A stretch of 64,000 bases of DNA, taken from assembly GCA_030390025.1 (NCBI GenBank), contig CM059432.1, forward strand, positions 2,542,001 to 2,606,000. Reading direction: 5' to 3'. Shown here in pieces: positions 46,982 to 60,007 of this stretch; the stretch's first letter is position 1; every line of letters starts with the position of its first letter. Below the pieces are notes generated by a model that saw nothing but the letters and a program-made list of their open reading frames with translations, was not told where the DNA came from and made no database searches. Source of the DNA: Squalus acanthias (lineage: Eukaryota). The position numbers and the translations under genes are program-made.

Positions 46982-49114
46982 CTAAAGCAGGACAGAGAAG
47001 AGCAAAAGTTAATCGAAAACTCAAGAATCGCTCCTGGTTAGCTCTCACTTTCACACTTAAGTGCAAGTAGTTACGGTCCTCAACACTCACACCGTCCCCA
47101 CTTATTCCGCACAAGCACCCACATTGGGCAAGTGCCGCAGACCACTTGTCATAGGGCTAAAAAGGTTATGAGGGCAGGTTGCACAGACTGGGCTCGTATT
47201 CCCTCGATTATAGCAGATTAAGGGGCGATCTAATTGAGGTGTTTAAGATGATTAAACAAGTTGATAGGGTAGATAGGGAGAAACTATTTCCTCTGGTGGG
47301 GGGAGTCCAGAACAAGTGGGCATAACCTTAAAACTAGAGCCAGGCCGTTCAGGGTCAATGTCTCTCCCCCAAAAAGCTGTTGAGGCTGGGGGGGTCAATT
47401 GATAATTTAAAAACTTGATAGATTTTTGTTGGTTAAGGGTATCAAGGATATGGAACCAAGGCGGGTAGATGGAGTTCAGATACAGATCAGCCATGATCTC
47501 ATTGAATGGCGAAACAAGCTAGAGGGGCTGAATGGCCTCCTCCTGTTCCTATGTCATTTACATAGACGTCAATTACAAGGGCACCGCTTAAACACAGGAA
47601 CAGGAGGAGGCCATTCAGCCCCTCGAGCCTGTTCCGCCATTCAGTGAGATCGTGGCTGATCTGCGACCTAACTCCATATACCCGTCTTTGGCCCATATCC
47701 CTTAATACCTTTGGTTAACAAAAAACTATCAATCTCAGATTTAAAATCAACAATTGATCTAGCATCGATTGCCGTTTGCGGAAGAGAGTTCCAAACTTCC
47801 ACCACCCTTTGTGTGTAGAAGTGTTTCCTAACTTCACTCCTGAAAGGCCTGGCAGTTGTTTTGCGCTTCCTCCTGTGACCCCGAGACCTCCTGCCGTTGC
47901 CGCGTGCCCTCACTGAGCGGGACACCTTCCGGCCCCGTTTTAAAATTACCGGGACAGTCTGACTGCCTCTTAAACGCATCCGGCTCTTGAACCTCCAGCC
48001 CAAGCTGCCCAGGAAATGCGAACGGTGAGATTTCAAAATCCTTGTTACCGTCATAAAATCTCTCTACCATCAATTTCCTATTTGGTGTGTCTGTTGTCAT
48101 TTAGGTTTTGATGTAACAGCACAGTAAATGCATACAGAACACGAAGTGGAGAGGCGGGGTGGGGGCAGTGTAGAAAGAAAGACTTGCATCAAAACAACTT
48201 CATAATTTAAACGCAGTGTTCCAGATGGGGTCTGACCAAGGCTCTGTCCAACTGAAGCAACACAACTTATATTTATATAGTGCCTTGAACTAATAAAACG
48301 TCCCAAGGCGCTTCACAGGAGTGTTATCAAAAAAAAACTAAATTTGACACCGAGCCACATAAGAAGATAGTAGGACAGGTGATCAAAAGCTTGGTCAAAG
48401 AGGTCGGTTTTAAGGAGTGCCTTAAAAGGAGGAGAGAGAGGTGGAGAGGTTTAGGGAGGGAATTCCAGAGCTTAGGGCCCAGGCAGCTGAAGGCACGGCC
48501 GCCAATGGTGGAGCGATTATAATTGGGGATGTTCAAAAAGCCAGAATAGGCAGAGCTTCTGTACTCCACATTTATACAAAATGTTTATAAAGAAATATTG
48601 GTGGGCAAAAGAACCAGAGGGGAGAGGAGAGAATTAATTTTTACACAACGAGTTGTCATGATGTGGAATGCACTGCTGAAAGGGTGGTGGAAGCAAATAG
48701 CAACTTTTAAAAGGGGAATTGGGCAAGTGCTTGTCCCCTGACTCCGCATTCTCTGATCGGATTCATTCGTCTATTAGCTGGCACCTTATCTGAGGCTTCT
48801 TGGAAATCTAGACATATTACATCTACTGCATTACCCTCGTCTACTCTCTCTCTGTTACCTCTTCAAGAATTCAATGAGGTTGGTCAAGCAAGACTTTCCC
48901 TTTTGAAATCCATGTTGACTACTCATTATTATATTTTTGGTTTCGAGTTGTTTTTCCATTTTCTCCTTTAGTAGGGATTCCATTATTTTTCCTACCACCG
49001 ATGTTAAGCTGACTGGTCTGTAATTCCCTGGACATGTTCTATCTCCGTATAACGTTAACTATCCGCCAATCCTTTGGCACTACACCTTTTTCGAATGAAT
49101 TATTAAATGTGTAA

Positions 49115-50020
49115 CTTTAGGGAGAGAATCCAGAGCTCAGGGCCCAGGCAGCTGAAGGCACGGCCGCCAATGGCGGGGCAAAGGAAATCGGGGATGCTCA
49201 ACAGATCAGAATTGGAGGAGCGCAGAGTTCTCGGGGGGTTGTAGGGCGGGAGGAGATTACAGAGATAGGGAGGGGGCGAGGCCATGGAGGGATTTGAACA
49301 CAAGACTGAGAATTTTTTAATTGAGGCGTTACCGGACCGGGAGCCAATGTAGGTCAGCGAGCATTGGGGTGATGGGTGAACGGGACTTGGTGTGAGTTAG
49401 GACACGGGGCAGCCGAGTTTTGGATGAGCTTAACTTTACGGAGGGTGCAAGGTGGGAGGCCAGCCAGGAGAGTATTGGAATAGTCGAGATTGGAGGTAAC
49501 AAAACCACAGATGAGGGTTTCAGCAAATGAGCAGAGAAGGCTGAGGGGGGACCTGATTGAGGTGTACAAAATTATGAGGGGGGTAGATAGAAAGGAACTT
49601 TTCCCCTTAGTAGAGGGGTCAATAACCAGGGGGCATAGTTTCAAGGTAAGGGGCAGGAGGTTTAGAGGGGATTTGAGGAAAAACTTTTTCCACCCAGAGG
49701 GTGGTTGGAATCTGGAACTCACTGCCTGAAAGGGTGGTAGAGGCAGGAACCCTCACAACATTCAAGAAGCATTTAGATGAGTACTTGAAACGCCATAGCA
49801 TACAAGGCTACGGACCAAGTGCTGGAAAATGGGATGAGAATAGACAGGGCTTGATGGCCGGCGCGGACACGATGGGCCTCTTTCTGTGCTGTATGACTAC
49901 GAGTCGGGCGATGTTAGAGGCGGAAGTAGGCTGTCTTGGTGAGGGGAGGCTATGGGGCTGGAAGCTCAGCTCAGGGTCAAGTAGGACGCCGAGATTACGA
50001 ACGGTCTGGTTCAAAGCTCA
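49115..50020 (-). mobile_element. L2 fragment with a nested plus-strand CR1 3' end (about 49527-49897)
   Basis: AETLI..FVTSNLDYSNTLLAGLP and VRNLGVLLDPELSF flank [14 protein letters not shown]. Confidence 0.75.
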
Positions 50021-50505
50021 GACCGTGGCCAGGGCAGGGGAAGGAGAAGGAATCGGTGACATGGGTACCAGTTCCATTAAACTCTCATCCTGAAATTGTT
50101 GACTTTTTTTTTAAAGTTGCTAAGTATACACATTTGAAGACCAAAATAGTTAACCCCAAAATTGCTACTTCTACTGACTCCATCTTCTGATATGGTTTTG
50201 TGATTGAAATAGAATCGATTCTTAGAATATCACACAGCACAGAAGGAGGCCATTCGGCCCGGCGTGCCTGTGCTGGCTCTTTGAAAGATCAGTCGTGCTC
50301 AGTCCCACATCCCCCCCGCTTTTTGTCCGTCACCCTGCGAGCTCCTCACCCCAAGAACCCGTCCAACTCTAGTTATGGAATCAGCTTCCACCACCTTTTC
50401 GGGTCGAGAGTTCCAGATCCCGATTAACTGTCACCTGTGTATCAGAAATTCTGCAAGTTTGAAAGTTTAAACTTTCTTAAAATTACATTTAAAAAGAATA
50501 CTTAC

Positions 50506-50590
50506 AGCCGGTAAGAGTGACTGCATATTCTGATTGGAATCCGCTATTGTTGCTAGGTAGACCAGATTTCTATGAAGCATTTGTTGGTAC
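50506..50590 (-). CDS. SS18: SS18 coding exon (human exon 3 equivalent, SNH/SSXT domain), 85 nt
   Basis: cag|G TAC CAA CAA ATG...TTA CCG GCT|gtaag. Encodes YQQMLHRNLVYLATIADSNQNMQSLLPA. Confidence 0.97.
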
Positions 50591-50779
50591 CTGGGAGAGC
50601 AAAGAAAACAGTTGCAACAAAAATCAATTACTGTACTTGTTTATCTACTTGGCACTTTAACTATGATTCCACAACCATACAAATATTCCTTTGTTTTGTC
50701 TCCTTTTCTCGGAAAGCTTCGATTCCTGCCAGAGTTTGGTTAACACGTATGTAAATGTGAACAGGCCTATTCAATCATT

Positions 50780-51550
50780 GGCCCAAATATTCGGCCGAAT
50801 ACGGGAGAGTACGCACTGTGTACTCACCCGTATTCGTTCCCAAAGTGCTGGTTTCCTGCATGCACTGCGCATGCGCGGGAAACCGGCACTTCCGGTATGG
50901 CGAAGGGGGCGGTTCCTAGGTGAACCACATGCGCACTAGAGGCTGCACGCACGCAGCACACTTAGGTTTTTTTCCCAGGTTTGAACGCGAAGGTAAGTGT
51001 TGAAGATTTTACACAAGTAAAAAGGAGGCGCAAGACCCCTTTTGAACAAGGTAAGTAGTTAATTAAGTATTATTTTAAATTTTTTTCAACAGGTTTATCT
51101 TTTTTTTTTAGAGGCTTTAAAGAAAGGTAAGTTTATTTTTATAACTTTTAAAAAGAATTTAAATTTTTTCAAAAATTTTAATTTTTGTTTAAAGTGGTTA
51201 ATTTATTTAACTATATAGTTATTTTATTAATGTGATGGTTTTTAAGAAAAATTATTTGTGGTTTAGCTGTTCTTTTGGGGCCGATTTCAATTCATAGATT
51301 TGACAGGTCTCCTGTCAAATCTATGAATGAAAGATGGTCTGCTGCCATTGGCTCTCCATGGCCCACGTGATCCCAGGAGTCGCATCGCACTAACTGCGCC
51401 TCTGGGACACGCGCACACTGCGCGCCGGCACTAGGGAGAGGCCCAGGACCCGAAGTTCCTGTGGGCCCAAAACACAACGGCAGGTGCGGTAGGTAAGAGC
51501 GCGCGCGATCCTTACCCCCGCGGCAAGCCGGCCACCCGAATTTCTAGGCC
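50780..51550. mobile_element. PIF/Harbinger-type MITE, copy 2 (771 bp)
   Basis: TIR GGCCCAAATATTCGG / CCGAATTTCTAGGCC, TSD ATT, colinear with 39275-40017. Confidence 0.75.
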
Positions 51551-51554
51551 ATTG

Positions 51555-51995
51555 TGTCGGCCGTGGCTCAGTGGGCAGCACTCTAACCCGAGTCAGAAGG
51601 TCGTGGGTTCAAGTCCCACTCCAGAGACTCGAGCACAAAAAATCCAGGCTGACACTCCCAGTGGAGTGCTGAGGGAGTGCCGCACTGTCGGAGGTGCCGT
51701 CTTTCGAATGAGACGTTAAACCGAGGCCCCGTCTGACCTCTCAGGTGGACGTAAAAGATCCCACGGCCACTATTTTGAAGAGGAGCAACGGAGTTATCCC
51801 CGTTATCCCTCAAACAACATCACTAAAAACCAGATTATCTGGTCATTATCACATGGCTGTTTGTGGGAGCTTGCTGTGCATAAATTGGCTGCCGCGTTTC
51901 CCACATTACAACAGTGACTACACTTCAAAAAATACTTCATTGGCTGTAAACCGCTTTGGGACGTCCTGAGGTCGTGAAAGGCGCGGTAGAAATTT
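51555..51995 (+). mobile_element. DeuSINE
   Basis: Head, core and tail. Confidence 0.85.
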
Positions 51996-52679
51996 CTTCA
52001 TTTATAGGGTCATTGAAGTCAAGCCCAACTCGGTCATTACTTGATGTCTGAACACACACTCTTTCCAAGAGTTACTATACAATCATACAGCACAGAAGGA
52101 GGCCATTCGGCCCATTGTGCCTGTGCCGGCTCTTTGAACGAGCTCTCCAATTAGTCCCACTCCCCCCTGCTCTTTCCCCACAGCCCTGTGAATTTTTTTC
52201 CCCTTCAAGTATTTCTCCAATTCCCTTTTGAATGTTACCACTGAATCTGCTTCCACCGCCCTTTCAGGCAGCACATTCCAGATCACAACAAGTCGCTGCG
52301 TAAAATTTTTTTTTCATCTCGTAAGAGCAAAACAAATAGGAGCAGGAGGCGGCCATTCGGGGCCCCTCGAGCCTGCTCCACCATTCAATAAGATCAAGGC
52401 TGATCATCTACCTCAACTTCACTTTCCCGCCCGATCCCCATATCCCCTTGATTCCCCTCTGGTTGTTTTGCCAATTACCTTAAATCTGTGTCCCCTGGTT
52501 ACTGACCCTACTGCCACTAGAAACAGTTTCTCCTTATTTACTGCCCTTCATCATTTTGAACACCTCTATTAAATCTCCCCTTAACTTACTCGACTCAGGA
52601 GAACAATCCCAGCTCCCTTGCCTGTGCAATTATGCCATTCACATTCCTACAATGTAGATCAGTGATAGAAATAAGAAAG

Positions 52680-53705
52680 AGGAGCAGGAGTAGGCCATAG
52701 GGCCCCTTGAGCCGTTCAATAAGATCATGGCTGATCATCGACCTCAACTCCACTTTCCCGCCCGATTCCCCATATCTCTTGATTCCCCTAGAGTCCAAAA
52801 ATCTATCGATCTCAGGCTTGAATATACTCAAAGACTCAGCATTCACAGTCCTCTGGGGCAGAGAATTCCAAAGATTCACCACTCTCTGAGTGAAGAAATT
52901 TCTCCTCATCTCAGTCTTAAATGGCCGACCCCTTATCCTGAGACTACGACCCCTAGTTCTAGACTCTCCAGCCAGGGGAATCCCTCAGCATCTACCCTGT
53001 CAATCCCGCTCAGAATCTTATGTTTCAATGAGATCAACTCTCATTCTTCTAAACTCCAGAGAGTTTAGGCCCAATCTACTCAATCTCTCCTCATAGGACA
53101 GCCCTCTCATCCCAGGGATCAATCTAGTGAACCTTCGTTGCACCCCTTCCAAGGCAAGTATATCCTTCCTTAGATAAGGAGACCAAAACTGTGCACAGTA
53201 CTCCAGGTGTGGTCTCACCTGACAAAGGAGCAGCGCTCCAAAAGCTTGTGATTTCAAATAAAACTGTTGGACTATAACCGGGTGTTGTGCGACTTCTCAC
53301 ATTTGTCCACCCCAGTCCAACACCGGCATCTCCGCATCATCACCAAGGCCCTGTACAATTGTAGCAAGACTTCCTTACTCTTGTACTCCAACCCTCTTGC
53401 AATAAAGGCCAATATGCCATCTGCCTTCCTAATTGCTTGCTGTACCTGCTTGCTAACCCTGTGTTCCTGTACGAGGACACCTACATCTCTCTGAACACCA
53501 ACATTTAATAGTTCACTATTTTAAAAATATGCTGTTTTTCTATTCCTACCAAAGTGAATAACCTCACATTTCCCTACATTATATTCCATCTTCCACCTTA
53601 CTGCCCACTCACTGAGTCTATCTATATCCCTTTGCAGACTCTGTGTTCTCCTCACAGCTTACTGTCCCACCCAGCTTTGTATCGTCAGCAAACCTGGATA
53701 CATTG
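52680..53705 (-). mobile_element. CR1 3' part with a family-2 Penelope-like insert (53220-53339)
   Basis: [19 protein letters not shown]. The insert is flanked by a TCACC duplication (53215-19, 53340-44). Confidence 0.8.
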
Positions 53706-54401
53706 CACTATTATTTTAAAAAATAATATAAATCCAAGTCTTTCTTTATTATTTTAAAGTAAATTCACCAATTTAAAATTGCAATTCCCAAATGTCAGTC
53801 TTTATTAAAATAACACAAAATGCTTGGGTTAAACAGTTGCTGGTTTCAAGTTTTAAAATGGTGTTTGAAGAGAGCTATTCCCAGGGACTTGCTTGTAGTA
53901 TTGCCTCTCTGTTGGACTCGGCCGTGCCGAGTTTCACTCTTAAAGGGACATTGTGGTACAGAGATTTTGTATTGTCGCATCACATGTTGGGGTGTTGAGA
54001 GAACAAGTTACACATTGTCTGTGGGAACTGTGGGACCATAGTACCAGACGAGTGAAAATGTTGGAGACGATATGGCAGCTGTGACTAATACTGACATGAC
54101 TGAACAACAGGCTACACGTGAAGCACAGCTGTTTGATGAACTTGCAGCGATACGTTTTTCTTCATCATGCGCCTAATTTCTTCATCTGTTTCTAGCTGGT
54201 CTCACGACAAAGAGCATTTGTTGCAAGTCTTTTAGAGACCAGGGGCTGGGAGGGTGCGGGGTTCGTCTTGACATGACAAAGGACACTTTTTAAAAAAAAA
54301 AGATAAGTATGCATCCTAAAAGCTCGGTAAAAATTCTAGAATCTCTATGTAATGTGGTGGGAGCTCAAAACGAGGGGCCATAAATACAAGATAGTCACCA
54401 A

Positions 54402-54535
54402 CAACGTTGCCACTAAGCGGTGCAGGCTATTTATCGGCTTTTGAAGGGGAGATTTTGAGCACGGGTGAAATTTTGAACGGGCCGTGCAGTCAGTCAAAGG
54501 GATCGCGCACCAAAAAAAAATTAGGGAAAACATTG
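54402..54535. mobile_element. hAT-type MITE (CAATGTTCCC family) in a CR1 tail
   Basis: TSD GTCACCAA / GTCACAAA (7 of 8). Confidence 0.75.
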
Positions 54536-55239
54536 GTCACAAATAAATCCAGTAGGGAATTCAGAAGAAGCTTCTTTACCCAGAGAGTGGTGAGAATGTG
54601 GAACTCGCTACCACAGGGAGTGGTTGAGGCGAATAGCACAGATGCATTTAAGGGGAGGCTAGATAAACACATGAGGGAGAAAGGAATAGAAGGATATGTT
54701 GATAGGGTGAGATGAAGAGGGACGGGAGGAGGATCGTGTGGAGCATAAACACCGGTTCGGCCAAATGGCCTGTCTCTGCTGTACGTTCCATATAATCAGA
54801 TAACCTGACTCATGCAAGTCACAGTAAAACACGCAAGTCCGTTTAGGCACGGTAACAGATATTCCCTTTTCATGGTACAACAGGCAGATTTGCAGAATGA
54901 GACCCCAAAACACTCTGGAATCACGTGTAGTAAAAACCAGAATTTGACTTATTCAGTCACCTTAAAGCGATGGCCTTGAACAATAAGGAGCCATAATCGA
55001 ACACCATTTACATCCTGCATTAATACAATAGGTTTTACGGCATGTTCACTTTAAACATCCAATCCCGCAAATTAAAAAGAATTACCAGCTGCTTGCACAT
55101 TTTTTTATATTAAAATATTAAAAGCAAAAGATTGAATCAAGAAAAATGGCAGAACAGAACTTGGTCAAAAGGGGGAAAAGCCAACCTCAAATGCAAAGAA
55201 AAAGAGAGAAAAAACACCGACTCATCGAATAGTTTTTTT

Positions 55240-57141
55240 TATTCCTGGGATGTAGGCGTCACTGGCAAGGCCAGCATTTATTGCCGATCCCTAATTGCCG
55301 TTGAGAAGGTGGTGGTGAGCCACCTTCTTGAACCGCTGCAGTCCGTGTGGTGAAGGTACTCCCACAGTGCTGTTAGGGAGGGAGTTCCAGGATTTTGACC
55401 CAGTGACGATGAAGGAACGGCCAAGTCAGGATGGTGTGTGACTTGGAGGGGAACTTGGAGGGGGTGGTGTTCCCATGCGCCTGCTGCCCCTGTCCTTCTA
55501 GGTGGAAGAGGTCGCGGGTTTGGGAGGTGCTGCCGAAGAAGCCTTGGCGAGTTGCTGCAGTGCATCTTGTAGATGGTACACACTGCAGCCACGGTGCGCC
55601 GGTGGTGTAGGGAGTGAATGTTTAAGGTGGTGGATGGGGTGCCAATCAAGCGGGCTGCTTTGTCCTGGATGGTGTCGAGCTTCGAGTGTTGTTGGAGCTG
55701 CACTCATCCAGGCAAGTGGAGAGTATTCCATCACACTCCTTACTTATGCCTTGCAGATGGTGGAAAGGCTTTGGGGAGTCAGGAGGTGAGACACTCGCCA
55801 CAGAATACTCAGCCTCTGACCTGCTCTTGTTGCCACAGTATTTATGTGGCTGGTCCAGTTAAGTTTCTGGTCAATGGTGACTCCCAGGATATTGATGGTG
55901 GGGGATTCGGCGATGGTAATGCCATTGAATGTCAAGGGGCGGTGGTTAGACTCTCGCTTGTTGGAGGTAGCCATTGCCTGGCACTTGTGTGGCGCAAATG
56001 TTACCTGCCACTTATCAGCCCAAGCCTAAATGTTGTCCAGGTCTTGTTGCATGCAGACATGGACTGCTTCATTATCTGAGGAGTTGCGAATGGCACTGAA
56101 CACTGTGCAGTCATCAGCGAACATCCCCACTTCTGACCTTATGTTGGAGGGAAGGTCATTGATGAAGCAGCTGAAGATGGTTGGGCCTAGGACACTGCCC
56201 TGAGGAACTCCTGCAGCGATGTCCTGGGGCTGTGATGATTGACCTCCAACCACCACAACCATCTTCCTTTGTGCTAGATATGACTCCAGCCAGTGGAGAT
56301 TTTCCTCCCCCCCCCCCCGATTCCCATTGACTTCAGTTTTACTAGGGCTGCTTGATGCCACACTCGGTCAAATGCTGCCTTGATGTCAAGGGCAGTCACT
56401 CTCACCTCACCTCTGGAATTCAGCTCTTTTGTCCATGTTTGGATCAAGGTTGTAATGAGGTCTGGAGCAGAGTGGTCCTGGCGGAACCCAAACTGAGCAT
56501 CAGTGTGCAGGTTATTGGTGAGTAAGTGCCACTTGATAGCACTGTCGATGACACCTTCCGTCACTGTGCTAATGATTGAGAGTAGACTGATGGGGCGGTA
56601 ATTGGCTGGATTGGATTTGTCCTGCTTTTTGTGGCCAGGACATACCTGGGCAGTTTTCCACATTGTCGGACAGATGCCAGTGTTGTAGCTGTACTGGAAC
56701 AGCTTGGCTAGAGGCGAGGCTAGTTCTGGAGCACAAGTCTTCAGCACGATAGCCGAGATGTTGTCGGGGCCCACAGCCTTTGCTGTATCCAGTGTGCTCA
56801 GCCGTTTCTTGATATCACATGGAGTGAATCGAATTGGCTGAAGACTGGCTTCTGTGATGGTGGGGACCTCAGGAGTAGGTCGATATGAATCATCCACTCA
56901 ACACTTCTGGCTGAAGATGGTTGCAAACGCTTCAGCCTTGTCTTTTGCACTGACGTGCTGGGCTCCACCATCATTGAGGATGGGGATATTCGTGGAGCCT
57001 CCTCCTCCCATTAGATGTTTAATGGTCCACCACCATTCACGACTGGATGTGGTAGGACTACAGAGCTTTGATCTGATCTGTTGATTGTGGGGTCACTTAG
57101 CTCTATCTATAGAATGCTGCTTCCACTTTTTAGCATGCATG
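55240..57141 (-). mobile_element. Family-B CR1-group LINE, longest copy, frameshifted RT
   Basis: ORFs 56274-56897, 56026-56361, 55744-55974 and 55278-55703 plus the family-B tail. Confidence 0.9.
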
Positions 57142-57704
57142 TAGCACAGCACCAAAGGAGGCCATTTGGCCCGTCGAGTCTGCGCCGGCTCTTTCGAAGA
57201 GCAATCCAGTTAGTCCCACTCCCCCGCTCTTTCCCCATATCCCTGCAATTTTTTCTCCTTCAAGTATTTCTCCAATTCCCTTTTGAAGGCTACTGTTGAA
57301 TCTGTCTCCACCACCCTATCAGGCAGTGCATTCCAGATCCTAACCACTCGTTGCGTAAAAAGTTTTCCCTCATGTCGCCTCTGGTTCTTTTGCCAATCAC
57401 CTTAAATCTGTGCCCTCTGGTTATCGACCCTTCAGCCATTGGAAACAGTTTCTCTTTATCTACTCTGTCTAAACCCTTCATGATTTTAAACACCTCCATC
57501 GATTCTCCTCTTAGCCTTCTCTGCTCCAAGAACAACCACCCCAGCTTCTCCAGTTTTAGAATGTACAGTAACATTCTGCTAGAACATACACGAGTAACTA
57601 CCCAGATACAATAAAACAAAAAGTGAATAATTTAAACTATAAAAATATAACTCGTAGAAAAAGCGGGGGAGGAATGAACAGATTCTGTAACAGTATCTTT
57701 ACAA

Positions 57705-58225
57705 CGCTCTCCTGGCCGGCCTCCCACCTTGCACCCTCCGTAAACTTGAGCTCATCGAAAACTCTGCTGCCGGATCCTAACTCGCACCGAGTCCCGTTCA
57801 CCCGTCACCCGTGCTCGCTGGCCGATATTAGCTCCCGGTCCGGCAAACTCTCAAATTTAAAACCTCTGTCGTCTTCAAATCCCTCCGTGGCCTCGCCCCT
57901 CCCTATCTCTGCAACCCCCTCCAGCCCTACAACCCTCCGAGATCTCTGCGCTCCTCCGATTCTGGCCTCCCGAGCATCGTCGATTTCCATCGCCCCGGCC
58001 ATTGCCGGCCGTGCCTTCAGCTGCCTGGGCCCTAAGCTCTGGAATTCCCTCCCTAAACCTCGCCGCCTCTCTCTCCTCCTTTAAGATGCTCCTTAAAAGC
58101 TCCCTCATTGACCAAGCCTGTCCTAATATCTCATGTGGCTCGGTGTCAAATCTGTCTGATAATCGCTCCTGTGAAGCCCCTCGGGACGTTTGAAGGCGCT
58201 ATGTAAAGGCAACTTGTTGTTGTTT
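57705..58225 (+). mobile_element. L2 3' fragment
   Basis: AGRAFSCLGPKLWNSLP plus tail. Confidence 0.75.
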
Positions 58226-58718
58226 ACCGAACCATGCTAATTCAGGAGTGGCGTCTGCACCAGATGTTTTAGGACGTCGCAGTGTTAAAATATTGAGTAA
58301 ATTATGAACACTGTCGGCACTTTGCACAACTCTGAATTGTCTACTTGACTTTCAAAAGTGAGAAACAAAACTGAAGCATCAAGGAGTCATGTTACAGACC
58401 CTCGCCCACGTTGGAGAGAGGAGGGAAGTAGTGGTGAGATGATGCTGAGCTCGGATAGTCAAAGCCGGTGGATTCAACCAGCTGGTGACTGAGGGAGGAT
58501 CTGACGCTGCTGAGAAAGGTCAAGTCAGGAGGAGGAGACAGCAAGATGAGTCACTCAGCAGTCACAAGGAAACAGTCATTTCTAAGGGGGTGGAATTTTA
58601 AAAGCAGAGCAGTTGTGTTAAACTCGTCGAACCTTGGTTAGACCACTCTTGGGAGTACTGTGAACAGTTCTAGTCTCCATATTATAAAAAAAAGGGATGT
58701 AGAGGCGCTGGAGAAGGT

Positions 58719-58851
58719 CAACATTCCCGCTAAGCTGCGACGGCCGCTCACCGGCTTTACTATGGGAATAACCACATATGCGCGAAAATTTGAGTGGGCC
58801 GCGCAGCCAGTTAAAGGGACCGCGCACAAAAAAAAATTACAGGTAACATTG
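58719..58851. mobile_element. hAT-type MITE in a plus-strand CR1 (about 58580-59510)
   Basis: Perfect TSD GAGAAGGT at 58711-18 and 58852-59. Confidence 0.82.
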
Positions 58852-59239
58852 GAGAAGGTGCAAAAAAGATTTACTAGAATGATACCAGAACGGAGAGGTT
58901 ATACCCATCAGGAAAGATTGAACAGGCTGGGGCTCTTTTCTCTCGAAAACAGAAGGCTGAGGGGTGACCTGATAGAGGCCTTTAAAATTATGAAGGGGTT
59001 TGATAGGACAGACGTAGAGAAGATGTTTCCACTTGTGGCGAGACCAGAAGTAGGGACATTCAATATAAGATAGTCACTAATAAATCCAACAGGGAATTCA
59101 GGAGAGACTTCTTTACCCAGAGAGTGGTGAGAATGTGGAACTCGCTACCACAGGGAGTGGTTGAGGCGAATAGTATAGATGCATTTAAGGGGAAGCTGGA
59201 TAAACACACGAGGGAGAAAGGAATAGAAGGATATGCTAA

Positions 59240-59417
59240 ATAACAACAGAAAACGCTGGAAATACTCAGCAGGCCAGGCAGCATCCGTGGAGAGAGAAAC
59301 AGAGTTAACGTTTCAGGTCGATGACCTTTCGTCAGAACTGGAAAAAAAGCAGGAAATGAAATAGATTTTAAAGCAAGTTTAGGGGCTGGGAAAAGGGGGA
59401 GGGGATGAAAGAACAAA
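59240..59417 (-). mobile_element. Short Penelope-like element (family 1) with an intact hammerhead core at 59303-59339
   Basis: Minus strand AGTT-CTGACGA-A-AGGTC ATC GACCT-GAAA-CG-TT-AACT. Confidence 0.72.
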
Positions 59418-59839
59418 CTGATGGGGGTGAGACGAAGAGGGGTGGGAGGAGGCTCGTGTGGAGCATAAACACCGGCACGGACCAGTTGGGCCGAAAGGCC
59501 TGTTTCTGTGCTTAAGTACTTTGTAATATTATAAACATTGCATGCTGTATTTTCATAGCGCCTTTAACATAGTAAAACTTTACAAGGAAGTTCACAGGAG
59601 TGTTATCAAACAAAATTTGACACCAAGCCATATAAGGAGATATTAGGACAGGAATCTTGGTTGAAGGTAGATTTTAAGGAGTGTCTTAAACGGAGAGAAG
59701 TGGAGAGGTTTCGGGAGGGAATTCCAGAGCTCAGGGCCAAGACAGCTGAAGGCACGGCCGCCAATGGTGGAGCGATGGAAATCGGGGATGCACACAAGGC
59801 CAGAACTGGAGGCGCAGAGAGATCTCTGAGGGTTGTAGG

Positions 59840-60007
59840 CAATGTTCCCTTCAAGCTGCACAGCCACGTGGCCCTCCAAGGGTCCCGCGCGGCCCTCCAA
59901 GGGTCCCACGCAGCGGACTTTTAAATAGAAAAAAAACCGCGTATGCGCAGTATTTTGAATGGACCGCAAGGGGCTGTGCGGCCCACAGAGAGTTACAGGG
60001 AACGTTG
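59840..60007. mobile_element. hAT-type MITE in a minus-strand L2 (about 59555-60035)
   Basis: TIR CAATGTTCCC / GGGAACGTTG. Confidence 0.75.

Noticed and set aside
54050..54176. Short acidic reading frame reminiscent of a Harbinger transposase C-terminus
   Set aside because: No upstream catalytic motifs are recognisable and the similarity is too weak.
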